Under the pieces are notes generated by a model. It was not told where the DNA came from, made no database searches, and was given only the letters and a program-made list of their open reading frames with translations. The position numbers and the translations under genes were made by a program. A DNA stretch of 64,000 nucleotides from the NCBI GenBank assembly GCA_001789645.1, contig MGAG01000003.1:7843-71842 (forward strand), in the 5' to 3' direction. The DNA is from Candidatus Roizmanbacteria bacterium RIFCSPLOWO2_01_FULL_37_12 (lineage in GTDB: Bacteria > Patescibacteriota > Microgenomatia > UBA1406 > GWC2-37-13). Positions 25,502 to 33,517 of the stretch are shown here, piece after piece. How positions within the stretch are numbered: position 1 is the first letter of the stretch; each line of letters begins with the position of its first letter.

Positions 25502-25540
25502 ATTGCTTTATACCTTTTCCCCTAAACCAATCGGGCTTCT

Positions 25541-26446
25541 TCACCTTTTACCTCCTAACCTATGAATAGGGTGCCAGTGGATTCTGCCTTCAGCCAAGAA
25601 AATTCCCCCGAATACCAGCAAAGAGCCGATAAAAAAATGAACTGTTGGATACTCATGAATCAGTGGGGCTGCGATTAATACAGCTACTATAGGATCTATA
25701 TAGGTAAAGATGCCAACCTCCTGCATTTTTATTTTCGCAATTCCGTAACTAAATAAATAGTAAGCCAGAGCCGAAGAAAGAAATACCCCAAAAATTATTC
25801 CGGTCCATCCCTGAATATTAAGTAGTGCCGGTGACCACGACTGCAATTCTTTGAACGAAAAAGGGGAAAAAGTCACGGCTCCGATAAAAAAACTTATCAA
25901 ACTTACTTTCAATGCTCCGATTTTGGGAATTACTTTTTTTTGCAAAAGAGGATGTAAAACTGCGCTAAGAGTAGCAAGTACAAAAAAAATATTACCCTGC
26001 AATTCTCCAAACGCGAAGACTTTACCGTCAAACAATATCGGTGCAAAAATTATTAACGTTACACCCAAGAGTGCGATCATCATCCCGAAAAATACCTTTA
26101 ACCGGGGTTTTTCCCGAAAAAATATTATTGAGAGAAAATACAAAAAAACCGGACCCGAAGAGGCAATAATCGGAGCATTGATGCTTTCGGCACGCTGAAG
26201 TCCCCAAAAGAAAAAAGTTATGTTGAGGCTGATTCCAAAAACCGCTCCAAGAATAAGTTCTGCCCATTCCACCCCTGACAATTTTACGCTGAAATTCCTG
26301 ATAAATGGAAGAAGTATTAATCCCGCGAAAAAAAACCTGATAAAGGCTAAGGTAAAGGGAGGAATATTCTCGAGGGCGTATTTAAAAATAGGCGAAGCGG
26401 CACCCCAAATTATATTCGCAACAATAAGTGCCAATACAGGATTCAT
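25541..26446 (-). CDS. EamA/DMT-family transporter
   Basis: 301 aa with 10 TM segments in a duplicated EamA layout. Confidence 0.75.
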   Translation of the reverse strand: MNPVLALIVANIIWGAASPIFKYALENIPPFTLAFIRFFFAGLILLPFIRNFSVKLSGVEWAELILGAVFGISLNITFFFWGLQRAESINAPIIASSGPVFLYFLSIIFFREKPRLKVFFGMMIALLGVTLIIFAPILFDGKVFAFGELQGNIFFVLATLSAVLHPLLQKKVIPKIGALKVSLISFFIGAVTFSPFSFKELQSWSPALLNIQGWTGIIFGVFLSSALAYYLFSYGIAKIKMQEVGIFTYIDPIVAVLIAAPLIHEYPTVHFFIGSLLVFGGIFLAEGRIHWHPIHRLGGKR

Positions 26447-26489
26447 AAACTCTAAATACTAAACTCTAAATAAAACATAAAAAACAAAT

Positions 26490-26834
26490 GTCATGCTGAA
26501 CTTGTTTCAGCATCTTTCACCATTTCTTCGACAAATCTTCAAGTTTTGGATTTTTTGTTTTAATTAAATTGTATTTCCAACTTCTATGCCAATTTTTAAG
26601 CTGCTTTTCTCTAGTTATTGCACTTTCGATACTTTTGTATTCCTCAAAATAAACTAAATATTTTAAAAAATATTTTTTACTAAAACCTTCTACTAATCCG
26701 TTTTTATGCTCATACAATCTTCTTTGCAAATTATTAGTAACGCCTATATATAAAACTGATCTAGTGTAATTCGAAATAATATATACATAATAACTCATTA
26801 ATTCAAAAAGATCCCGAAACAAGTTCGGGATGAC
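26490..26834 (-). mobile_element. Candidate full-length family-A element: hairpin GTCATCCCGAACTTGTTTCGGGATC, then GIY-YIG ORF, then hairpin GATGCTGAAACAAGTTCAGCATGAC
   Basis: On the minus strand the left hairpin (26834..26810) ends 11 nt before the ATG. The right hairpin (26514..26490) starts 2 nt after the TGA. The two hairpins have the same types and order as the miniature copies. Confidence 0.55.
26517..26798 (-). CDS. Small GIY-YIG nuclease-family protein (COG2827/UPF0213-like)
   Basis: MSYYVYIISNYTRSVLYIGVTNNLQRRLYEHKNGLVEGFSKKY...REKQLKNWHR carries the GIY-X-YIG, R and E/N elements. The listed ORF start at 26822 reads through the flanking hairpin, so the ATG at 26798 is preferred. Confidence 0.85.
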   Translation of the reverse strand: MSYYVYIISNYTRSVLYIGVTNNLQRRLYEHKNGLVEGFSKKYFLKYLVYFEEYKSIESAITREKQLKNWHRSWKYNLIKTKNPKLEDLSKKW

Positions 26835-26890
26835 TAAGTATTATTTTTTGAATTTTTAATTTCTGTCATTTGAATTTATTTAGAATTTAT

Positions 26891-26927
26891 CCATTCGACA
26901 AGCTCAGGATCCTGAGTTTACCGAAGG
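26891..26927. repeat. Family-B element, copy B3
   Basis: CCATTCGAcaagCTCAGGatCCTGAGtttaCCGAAGG, just downstream of the GT2 stop. Confidence 0.75.
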
Positions 26928-26932
26928 AGAGT

Positions 26933-27826
26933 TTAGGATTTAGGATTTTTCTTATTTAGATATACAATCAATTCACCAATTATACCGGTCATTATTACCT
27001 GTATTCCCACAATTATTAGCGATAACCCAAGCCATAAAACCGGTCTCTGATAGAGCAGAACTCCAAAAAAGAGTCTTTCAATGGCAAGAACCAGAGAGAT
27101 CAAAAAACCACCCGTAAACAGCAATCCTCCGATCATGCCAAAAAAATGCAGCGGTCGTTCGGCAAACTTATAGATAAAAAAGGCAGTTAAAGTGTCAAAT
27201 ATTCCAACTACCAGTTTACCCGGGCCAAATTTGCTTTTCCCAAACCGTCTTGGATTATTTTTTATCTCAATCTCTGTCACCTTATATCCATTATAAAAAA
27301 CCGCGAGCGGAAAAAAGCGGAAATTATTGGCATAAAAAGTAAAACCGGACAATACTTCAACCTTAAATGCTTTATAGCCGCAGTTAATATCCGTAAAAGG
27401 CGAATCGATCAAAATCCTTAAAAAATATTTAGCAATTAATGAATAAAACTTAACAATACCGCTATCATTTCTTCCCACCCTGACTCCATTGACAAAATCA
27501 TATCCTTCCTCAATTTTTTTTATAAATTTTGGCAGGTCTTCCGGATCATCTTGAAAGTCCCCATCCATAAAAACTAAAGTATCTCCCCGGGCATATTTAA
27601 CTCCCGTATTTAGTGCTTCTCCCTTTCCAAGTCTTTTTTTGTGTTTTATAACTTTTAACTTTTCACTTTTCACTTTTAAATTCGACGCGTAAGCGTCGGT
27701 AGATCCATCATCTACCAAAATTATTTCACAATCGTATTCGTTTTTATCAGCCACTTCAATTAAATATTTAATTAATCTGGGTAGACTCTCCGATTCATTA
27801 TAAAAGGGAACGATTATGCTTATCAT
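26933..27826 (-). CDS. GT2 glycosyltransferase, polyprenol-phosphate sugar synthase type
   Basis: ISIIVPFYNESE, LVDDGSTD and MDGDFQD, plus C-terminal TM helices. It contains a heptamer block (SNLKVKSEKLKV). Confidence 0.85.
   Translation of the reverse strand: MISIIVPFYNESESLPRLIKYLIEVADKNEYDCEIILVDDGSTDAYASNLKVKSEKLKVIKHKKRLGKGEALNTGVKYARGDTLVFMDGDFQDDPEDLPKFIKKIEEGYDFVNGVRVGRNDSGIVKFYSLIAKYFLRILIDSPFTDINCGYKAFKVEVLSGFTFYANNFRFFPLAVFYNGYKVTEIEIKNNPRRFGKSKFGPGKLVVGIFDTLTAFFIYKFAERPLHFFGMIGGLLFTGGFLISLVLAIERLFFGVLLYQRPVLWLGLSLIIVGIQVIMTGIIGELIVYLNKKNPKS
27650..27677. repeat. Four tandem heptamers (AACTTTT x2, CACTTTT x2) inside a GT2 gene
   Basis: Read directly from the sequence. The coding strand gives AAAAGTG AAAAGTG AAAAGTT AAAAGTT. 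Confidence 0.85.
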
Positions 27827-28016
27827 AAAATTCTAAACTCTAAATACTAAACAATATCAAAGCTAGCAAATCCAAATTTCAAAGCTCAAGTGTCAAATCA
27901 AATCCAAAGATCAAATGTCGAAATATTATTATTTTGAGCTTTGAGCTTGATTTGATTCTTTGGATTTTGATAATTGAAATTATTTTTTTAGTTGTTTAGA
28001 AATTAGAGTTTAGGAA
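27827..28016. repeat. Long AT-rich low-complexity element (CAAA-word arm followed by its TTTG-word complement)
   Basis: Outer arms TTCTAAACTCTAAATACTAAACAA and TTGTTTAGAAATTAGAGTTTAGGAA pair. Inner blocks TCAAAGCTCAAG/TCAAATCAAATCCAAAGA are mirrored by TTTGAGCTTTGAGC/TTGATTTGATTCTTTGGAT. Confidence 0.65.
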
Positions 28017-29585
28017 TTAGGATTTTACTCTTTTATAGACTTCAAAGTTATCCTTCTTATATATTAGCTGAAAATTGGTATCTTGAATTAATCTTTCGTA
28101 TACCGGAATCAGTTCTTTTTTTTCGGGGTAGTTGTAGACTTCGCTTGGTCTAAGAACGATATAGTCAGCCAGTCTGTATCTGGCGGAAAAAGTATAAAAA
28201 TATCTCCTCGAAGTAAAAAATGGTGACAATTGCCCGGTGGTTGAAATTTTGAGGTTTTCATCCCTTAGTGTCCTGCCCCAAAACGCCGTATCTTTAGATT
28301 GCGGTTGCGGCCATTTAAAAGGATGAATATTCTGTTTCTTTGCAAATGGTAAGGGTCCGCGTAAATACGCATTCCCAACTGCAAAAAAAAGTATATAAAT
28401 AGACATAAATAAAATTATTTTCTTCTCGTTATTTTTTTTCCTAATAACGATTAACAAATAACTAATAACTTTCTTAGTCCCGTAAACTGCCGAAATAAAC
28501 ACAAAAGGTGTGATAACTGCTGTGTAGTGATAAATAACATTACGCATATTGGGATTTTTGGATAAGAGGTTTATGGCAAATTCCGGCAGAGCAATAAAAA
28601 GTTGGATTGGGGAGAGAAGCGATAAAAATCCAACCGGACCGAGTAAAGACTTCAGGTAGTTCAAGGTGTTGTCCCGCAAAATATACTTTGAAATACTATA
28701 TGGGTTTGTCATGATTCCTATAATAATTCTTATGGGCGACTCACCGAAATCAGAGTATCTGGAAGCTGCAAAATGGTTGCCTCCCCGGAAAATCGGGATG
28801 ATATAAAAAACTGATGTGATAAACCAAAAAATACTGATAAATATAACGATTAAAGAAAAATTAAAATTCTGTCTGTCATCCTGAACTCGTTTCAGGATCT
28901 TTTTTTTAAAAATCAGATGCTGAAATAAATTCAGCATGACATATTGCCCTTTTGAATTAAAAAACGTATAAATTCCAAAAAGTAGCGTAATTAGGGCAAC
29001 TTGTTCTTTTGCCAAAAGACTCAATCCAAAAAAAATTAAGCTCAGCCAATATTTTTTAACCAGCCAGAAATAAAACATGAATAAAAGCAGAGTCGTAGCT
29101 AATGCTACGGCATGAAATTCAAAAATGTTTGTCAGTTGCAGCGGAGGATAGACTAAATAGCTTAAAGAAAAGATAAGGGATAAGACAAAAGAGTAGCTCA
29201 ATTTTTGAAAATTAAACCGTGCTATCTTAAATACTGCCATTGCTCCAAGAGCCAGCATGACGGACTGGACGACTAAAAGTGTCTCAGGTCCTGAATAAAT
29301 AAAATAAAAAGGCGCCAATAAAGCCAACATAGGATCGTTATGAATTGCCATTCTTTTTATCTGTTCTGCTCCGCTGGGATTCGTCAATTCAAGAAATCTG
29401 CTCAGGTCCCCGGTTTTAAGTGATTGGTAGGTATTAAAAACCGTCTGGTGCATAATCCCCAAATCGTAATATGAGGCATAAAGAGTCTTGTAACGGAGAA
29501 TAGAAAAGTAAGAAAAATAAACGATATATGCTAGAATAAAAATCCAAAGCAGGATTTGGATTTTATATTTGTTAAGAAAATACAT
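28017..29585 (-). CDS. Large polytopic membrane protein, DUF2079-like, with in-frame hairpin-element insert
   Basis: 522 aa. SYYDLGIMHQTVFNT resembles the DUF2079 N-terminal motif. Residues VMLNLFQHLIFKKKILKRVQDD are encoded by repeat A6. Confidence 0.6.
   Translation of the reverse strand: MYFLNKYKIQILLWIFILAYIVYFSYFSILRYKTLYASYYDLGIMHQTVFNTYQSLKTGDLSRFLELTNPSGAEQIKRMAIHNDPMLALLAPFYFIYSGPETLLVVQSVMLALGAMAVFKIARFNFQKLSYSFVLSLIFSLSYLVYPPLQLTNIFEFHAVALATTLLLFMFYFWLVKKYWLSLIFFGLSLLAKEQVALITLLFGIYTFFNSKGQYVMLNLFQHLIFKKKILKRVQDDRQNFNFSLIVIFISIFWFITSVFYIIPIFRGGNHFAASRYSDFGESPIRIIIGIMTNPYSISKYILRDNTLNYLKSLLGPVGFLSLLSPIQLFIALPEFAINLLSKNPNMRNVIYHYTAVITPFVFISAVYGTKKVISYLLIVIRKKNNEKKIILFMSIYILFFAVGNAYLRGPLPFAKKQNIHPFKWPQPQSKDTAFWGRTLRDENLKISTTGQLSPFFTSRRYFYTFSARYRLADYIVLRPSEVYNYPEKKELIPVYERLIQDTNFQLIYKKDNFEVYKRVKS
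28875..28940 (+). repeat. Family-A element, copy A6, inside DUF2079-like ORF 28017..29585 (66 bp = 22 codons)
   Basis: GTCATCCTGAACTCGTTTCAGGATC, a 16-nt spacer, then GATGCTGAAATAAATTCAGCATGAC. Confidence 0.9.
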
Positions 29586-29666
29586 TATGAAATATTAAAA
29601 AATGGTTATTGTTTATTACTAACTTCTTTATCTATTATCCAAACTGGTTTTTTAACCCATTTACCT

Positions 29667-30605
29667 CTATCTATTTCCAGAGTGATATTTTTCATGAACT
29701 TCCCGTAATTTTGCGTCGGTAATATGGGTATAGATTTGAGTTGTTGCTATATTTTTATGTCCCAGCAATAACTGTACAGAGCGTATATCTGCACCTTCGT
29801 GTAAAAGATCCGTAGCGTAAGAATGCCTCAGTGTGTGAGGTCCAATATGAAATAAAATGCCGGCTTTTTTCCGGTATTTTTCGATCATTCGCTCGACCGA
29901 CCGTACCGAAAGTCTTTTTTTTTCATCTGTAAGTCCGTCATCCGCCTTGGGACCGGAGTATCGGATAAATAAAGGTTTATACGGATCGTTCCTCATGCCG
30001 AAATATTTTCGCAACCATTCTTTGGCTTTCTTGGTTAAGAAAACAACCCTAGCCTTACCCCCTTTTCCCACAACACCGAACTCACCGGACTCAATATTTA
30101 CATGTTCGCGGTTTAAAGCAACCATCTCGGATACCCGTAAACCGGTAGAGAAGAGAGTCTCCAGTATAGCCCTGTCTCTTATACCCATAATATCTGTTGT
30201 GTCTACTGCTTTAAAAAGCCTGCTCAACTGATCTACTTCCAGATGTTTAATTTGCCGATCCCTTTGTTTCCCCAACTCTATCATTTCCGGTGAAATCGTA
30301 TTCACTTTTTGTTTTATCAGATAGCGGAAAAAAGAGCGGAGTGCCACTAAAAAATAGTTCTGGGTCTGCCTTTTCAGCGCTCCCTTAAATTTATTTTTAT
30401 ATTGGTGGGACAGGTACAAACGAAAATTTCTGATAATATTATCGTCAATATCTTCAACGGAGAAGTCTTTCTTGTTTTGCGATTTTAACAACCAGTCCTG
30501 GAAAAAATGCAGATAATATCCATACATCCGGACAGTTTTTAGCGAGAGATTCCTATCTAACTCGGAATATTCCAAAAATCGAAGTATTGCTTCCTTGATT
30601 TCCAT
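29667..30605 (-). CDS. Tyrosine site-specific recombinase, XerC/XerD-like
   Basis: N-terminal SAM-like domain. The C-terminal part has ..GLRVSE.., HTLRHSYATDLL, LLGHKNIATTQIYTH (R-H-R-Y catalytic set). Confidence 0.85.
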   Translation of the reverse strand: MEIKEAILRFLEYSELDRNLSLKTVRMYGYYLHFFQDWLLKSQNKKDFSVEDIDDNIIRNFRLYLSHQYKNKFKGALKRQTQNYFLVALRSFFRYLIKQKVNTISPEMIELGKQRDRQIKHLEVDQLSRLFKAVDTTDIMGIRDRAILETLFSTGLRVSEMVALNREHVNIESGEFGVVGKGGKARVVFLTKKAKEWLRKYFGMRNDPYKPLFIRYSGPKADDGLTDEKKRLSVRSVERMIEKYRKKAGILFHIGPHTLRHSYATDLLHEGADIRSVQLLLGHKNIATTQIYTHITDAKLREVHEKYHSGNR

Positions 30606-30664
30606 AACCTTATATTATACGACGTCATGAGTTTTTGCAAGAAAGTGTATAATATGAATTAAAA

Positions 30665-30748
30665 GCCGGGGTGGCGGAACTGGCAGACGCGCAGGGTTTA
30701 GGACCCTGTGTCCGCAAGGACGTGGGGGTTCAACTCCTCTTCCCGGCA
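30665..30748 (+). tRNA. tRNA-Leu (anticodon UAG)
   Basis: Acceptor GCCGGGG/TCCCGGC, anticodon stem CAGGG/CCCTG with loop TTTAGGA, long variable arm, T loop TTCAACT, discriminator A. Confidence 0.88.
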
Positions 30749-31383
30749 CTTTGAGAAACTAAATAACCAAAAATAAACCCTCCTATATGCGCAAAAAAGG
30801 CAACACCGCCTTGGTTAATATCATAGGCAACCAACGATCCGACACCGGAAAAGATCTGGATAACAAACCAATAACCGAGGAAAAACCAGGTCGGCAATTC
30901 GATAATGTCGTAAAATCCGAAAAATGTCGGAACCAATGACTCTATTCTTGAATGTCTGAACAAGACAAAATAGGCTCCGGCAACACCCGAGATAGCTCCT
31001 GATGCCCCGATCATCGGAATACTGCTTCCCCAGTTGAAAAAAAGCTGGACAAAAACAGCTACAACTCCCGCCAAAATATAAAAAATCAAATAGGAAATGT
31101 GTCCCATCCTGTCCTCGACATTGTCACCGAAAATATGCAAGAACCACAAATTGGACGCTATGTGGAATAAGCCACCGTGCAGGAAAATAGAGTAGAGGAT
31201 ATTTTTGTATGAATCTAGATTAAAAAAATTAAACCTTGCCGGAATAAATCCGAATTTAAAAACAAATGCCTCAAAATCCGTAGCCGTTATCTGGAGATAA
31301 AACGCATAAATCGTCAGCACGATTAACAGGTAATTAACAATCGGAAAAGTCCTTCTGGGTGTTAAATCTCTAATCGGAAACAT
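30730..31383 (-). CDS. Rhomboid-family intramembrane serine protease
   Basis: GASGAISGVAGAY (GxSG) and HIGGFIFG (catalytic His) with 6 TM segments. The 3' end overlaps tRNA-Leu by 19 nt on the other strand. Confidence 0.85.
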   Translation of the reverse strand: MFPIRDLTPRRTFPIVNYLLIVLTIYAFYLQITATDFEAFVFKFGFIPARFNFFNLDSYKNILYSIFLHGGLFHIASNLWFLHIFGDNVEDRMGHISYLIFYILAGVVAVFVQLFFNWGSSIPMIGASGAISGVAGAYFVLFRHSRIESLVPTFFGFYDIIELPTWFFLGYWFVIQIFSGVGSLVAYDINQGGVAFFAHIGGFIFGYLVSQSAGKRS

Positions 31384-31419
31384 AATATTTGAATATAAAT
31401 ATTATATATAATCCTCTTA

Positions 31420-32076
31420 ATGAAAGATTTAGTGCTATTTATAATCGGTTTATTGATTGGTATTGGCGCCGTAATTGGAAATTCAAGTTTAAAAATAAAA
31501 AATACTCCTGCGGAACCGATCATAAGCAAAAAACCGCCGGAGCCGTCATTCTCCGTAGAAACGCCTCCTTCGGAGTCGCTCAGAGGAATAATTGCTACTC
31601 ATTCCGGAAATATGTTGTGGGAATCTCGAACCGCAACATCTCCCGGAGAATTAAAGGGTAACGCAAAAATACAGCAAGGTGAACGGTTGGTTACCAAAGA
31701 AAAAAGTAGTGCAAAAGTAAATTTTGACCGGGCAGGTTCGTTTGAACTCTCCGAGAATTCCGATCTATCTTTTATTCAAACATTACCAATCGACCTGGTC
31801 GTAGAACAAAAAAAAGGAAAAATTAAGTACATAATAAACGGAAAATCTCCTTTGTCGATAAGAGTCAGGAGCGCCTTGATTACAAAAAAATCCGGAATCA
31901 TTGAAATCACTTTAGCAGACAACGATTCAATCGTATTAATTTCTACACTCCAAGGAACCGCACAGATCGGATTTAACGACCTGGACTACGTAAGCCAGGT
32001 CTTTACTTTACGCGAAGGGCATATCTACGAATATAACAGCGACGAAAGAACTGCTGTAAACACCAAGAATAGATAA
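31420..32076 (+). CDS. Membrane-anchored hypothetical protein (possibly FecR-like beta-sandwich)
   Basis: N-terminal TM helix LVLFIIGLLIGIGAVIG followed by a beta-rich region. ORF 31389..31661 in another frame is judged spurious. Confidence 0.45.
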   Translation: MKDLVLFIIGLLIGIGAVIGNSSLKIKNTPAEPIISKKPPEPSFSVETPPSESLRGIIATHSGNMLWESRTATSPGELKGNAKIQQGERLVTKEKSSAKVNFDRAGSFELSENSDLSFIQTLPIDLVVEQKKGKIKYIINGKSPLSIRVRSALITKKSGIIEITLADNDSIVLISTLQGTAQIGFNDLDYVSQVFTLREGHIYEYNSDERTAVNTKNR

Positions 32077-32093
32077 CTACGGAGAATAAGCAA

Positions 32094-32207
32094 ATACTAC
32101 AAATGCCACAAATATGCAAATGAATAAACAAATTATTTAAATTATTTAATGATTTAATCATTCTGACATTTAATTGTTTATTTGTCGGATTTGATTATTT
32201 GTAGTAT
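32094..32207. terminator. AT-rich imperfect inverted repeat between convergent genes (possible bidirectional terminator; repeat family with 48969..49100)
   Basis: ATACTACAAAT..AATAAACAA pairs with TTGTTTATT..ATTTGTAGTAT. It shares AAGCAAATACTACAAAT with the second locus. Confidence 0.4.
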
Positions 32208-32224
32208 TAATTAATCTGTAAAAT

Positions 32225-33385
32225 TCATAAATCTATCAAAGGATCAAGTATGTTTTTTCCTTCATAACCCAGCGCCCATAACGCCATACCGCCTAACCGA
32301 TATTTATTAACCAGTTTGATTTTTTCTTGCATTACCTTTTTATCGGGATAAAATATTTGGTGAAAAGTATTTGTCTCCTGGTCTTGATAAATAACATAAG
32401 CCTCAAGGCTTACCGGATCAAACTTTGCACTACAGGAAGAACACTTGGTTAACAATTCTTCAACCCGTTTGTTGCTGGCAGTAATTCCCGAACCTGGAAT
32501 AATCGCAGCCTGCGGATAATCCGAAAGTGTTTCCCACTCATACCCGTAAAGAGGTACTCCCATAATAATTTTTTCCGCCGGAAGAATTTTTAAAGCTTCT
32601 TTAATCGATGTTTCCGTATCAAACTCTGCCGACCTTCCGGCACCATTGACCGGAGCAACGGCACCAGTCACCGATGAACCTTGATAATGGAAGTCATAGG
32701 TCATCAGTATTACCTTATCTACATAAGAGGAAATTTTTCCAACATCGATCAGATATTTTTTAATGAGCGCGGTTGGCGAAACATCGATGCTCAGAGTAAT
32801 CAAATCATGTCGCTTTTTCAGCTCTTCATGAATTGTTTTCGTAAAAAGCGTAAAGTTTTGCCGAGCGCTATCACTTGCTGTGGATACGCTTTCAATATCA
32901 AGATTGAGATCGGTAAATCCGTATTTTGTTAGGATAGGTGAAACTTCATTAACCAGATTTTGCGCGTGTTTTTCCGGATTTTCCATAAGCCGACCGATCT
33001 TTTCCTGGTTTCCGTTAAATATAACCAACGACCTGTTCAGATTTTTTTCTTTACTGGTTTCGAGAATCGATTTAATTTTTTTAGACTTCAGAGTCAACCA
33101 GCCCGGTTCGGTTTCTCCGGGATTTGTGAATTTTTCAATAGTTCCGTCCGCATCAACTGTCAAACCGAAATAACTGACTGTATCAAGATAAGGTGAGTAG
33201 TCTTTATTATCTTTAGCGAGTAGCCAATAAGGAAGAAAGCCAATAACTGTTGGCTTTTGCAATCCTAACGGAGTTAATAAGCGGTTGGTTCCCGGAAATA
33301 AACTTGTGTAATTGGTTAAAACGTAAACTGATCCTATTATTCCGCACCCCAGTCCGAAAATAATTAAGAGAATATTTTTAAACAT
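32225..33385 (-). CDS. Glycoside hydrolase family 18-like protein (membrane-anchored)
   Basis: FTDLNLDIES (DxDxE catalytic region), MTYDFHY and PLYGYEW. The start is preferred at MFKNILL (33385), because the upstream 37 codons run through a GC-rich hairpin. Confidence 0.65.
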   Translation of the reverse strand: MFKNILLIIFGLGCGIIGSVYVLTNYTSLFPGTNRLLTPLGLQKPTVIGFLPYWLLAKDNKDYSPYLDTVSYFGLTVDADGTIEKFTNPGETEPGWLTLKSKKIKSILETSKEKNLNRSLVIFNGNQEKIGRLMENPEKHAQNLVNEVSPILTKYGFTDLNLDIESVSTASDSARQNFTLFTKTIHEELKKRHDLITLSIDVSPTALIKKYLIDVGKISSYVDKVILMTYDFHYQGSSVTGAVAPVNGAGRSAEFDTETSIKEALKILPAEKIIMGVPLYGYEWETLSDYPQAAIIPGSGITASNKRVEELLTKCSSCSAKFDPVSLEAYVIYQDQETNTFHQIFYPDKKVMQEKIKLVNKYRLGGMALWALGYEGKNILDPLIDL

Positions 33386-33517
33386 TAAAATACTCAATAA
33401 ATTATATTTACCTTTAGTGAAATTGCGAAAATATTTTTTACGAATGGCTTGGGGTCCCCTACGGGGTGAAGCCGAAGCAAAAAATCGTTTTAGCAATTTG
33501 AATTAATATAGGTATAG

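Noticed and set aside
27827-28016. Long perfect hairpin in the 190-bp AT-rich spacer.
   Set aside because: Only the outer arms are collinear inverted repeats. The inner CAAA-word and TTTG-word blocks are complementary block by block but in the same order. The structure is therefore ambiguous low-complexity symmetry rather than one clean stem.
29667-30748. Integrated element at tRNA-Leu, driven by the adjacent tyrosine recombinase.
   Set aside because: I found no direct repeat of the tRNA 3' end and no phage or conjugation genes. The recombinase has the size and motifs of housekeeping XerC/XerD.
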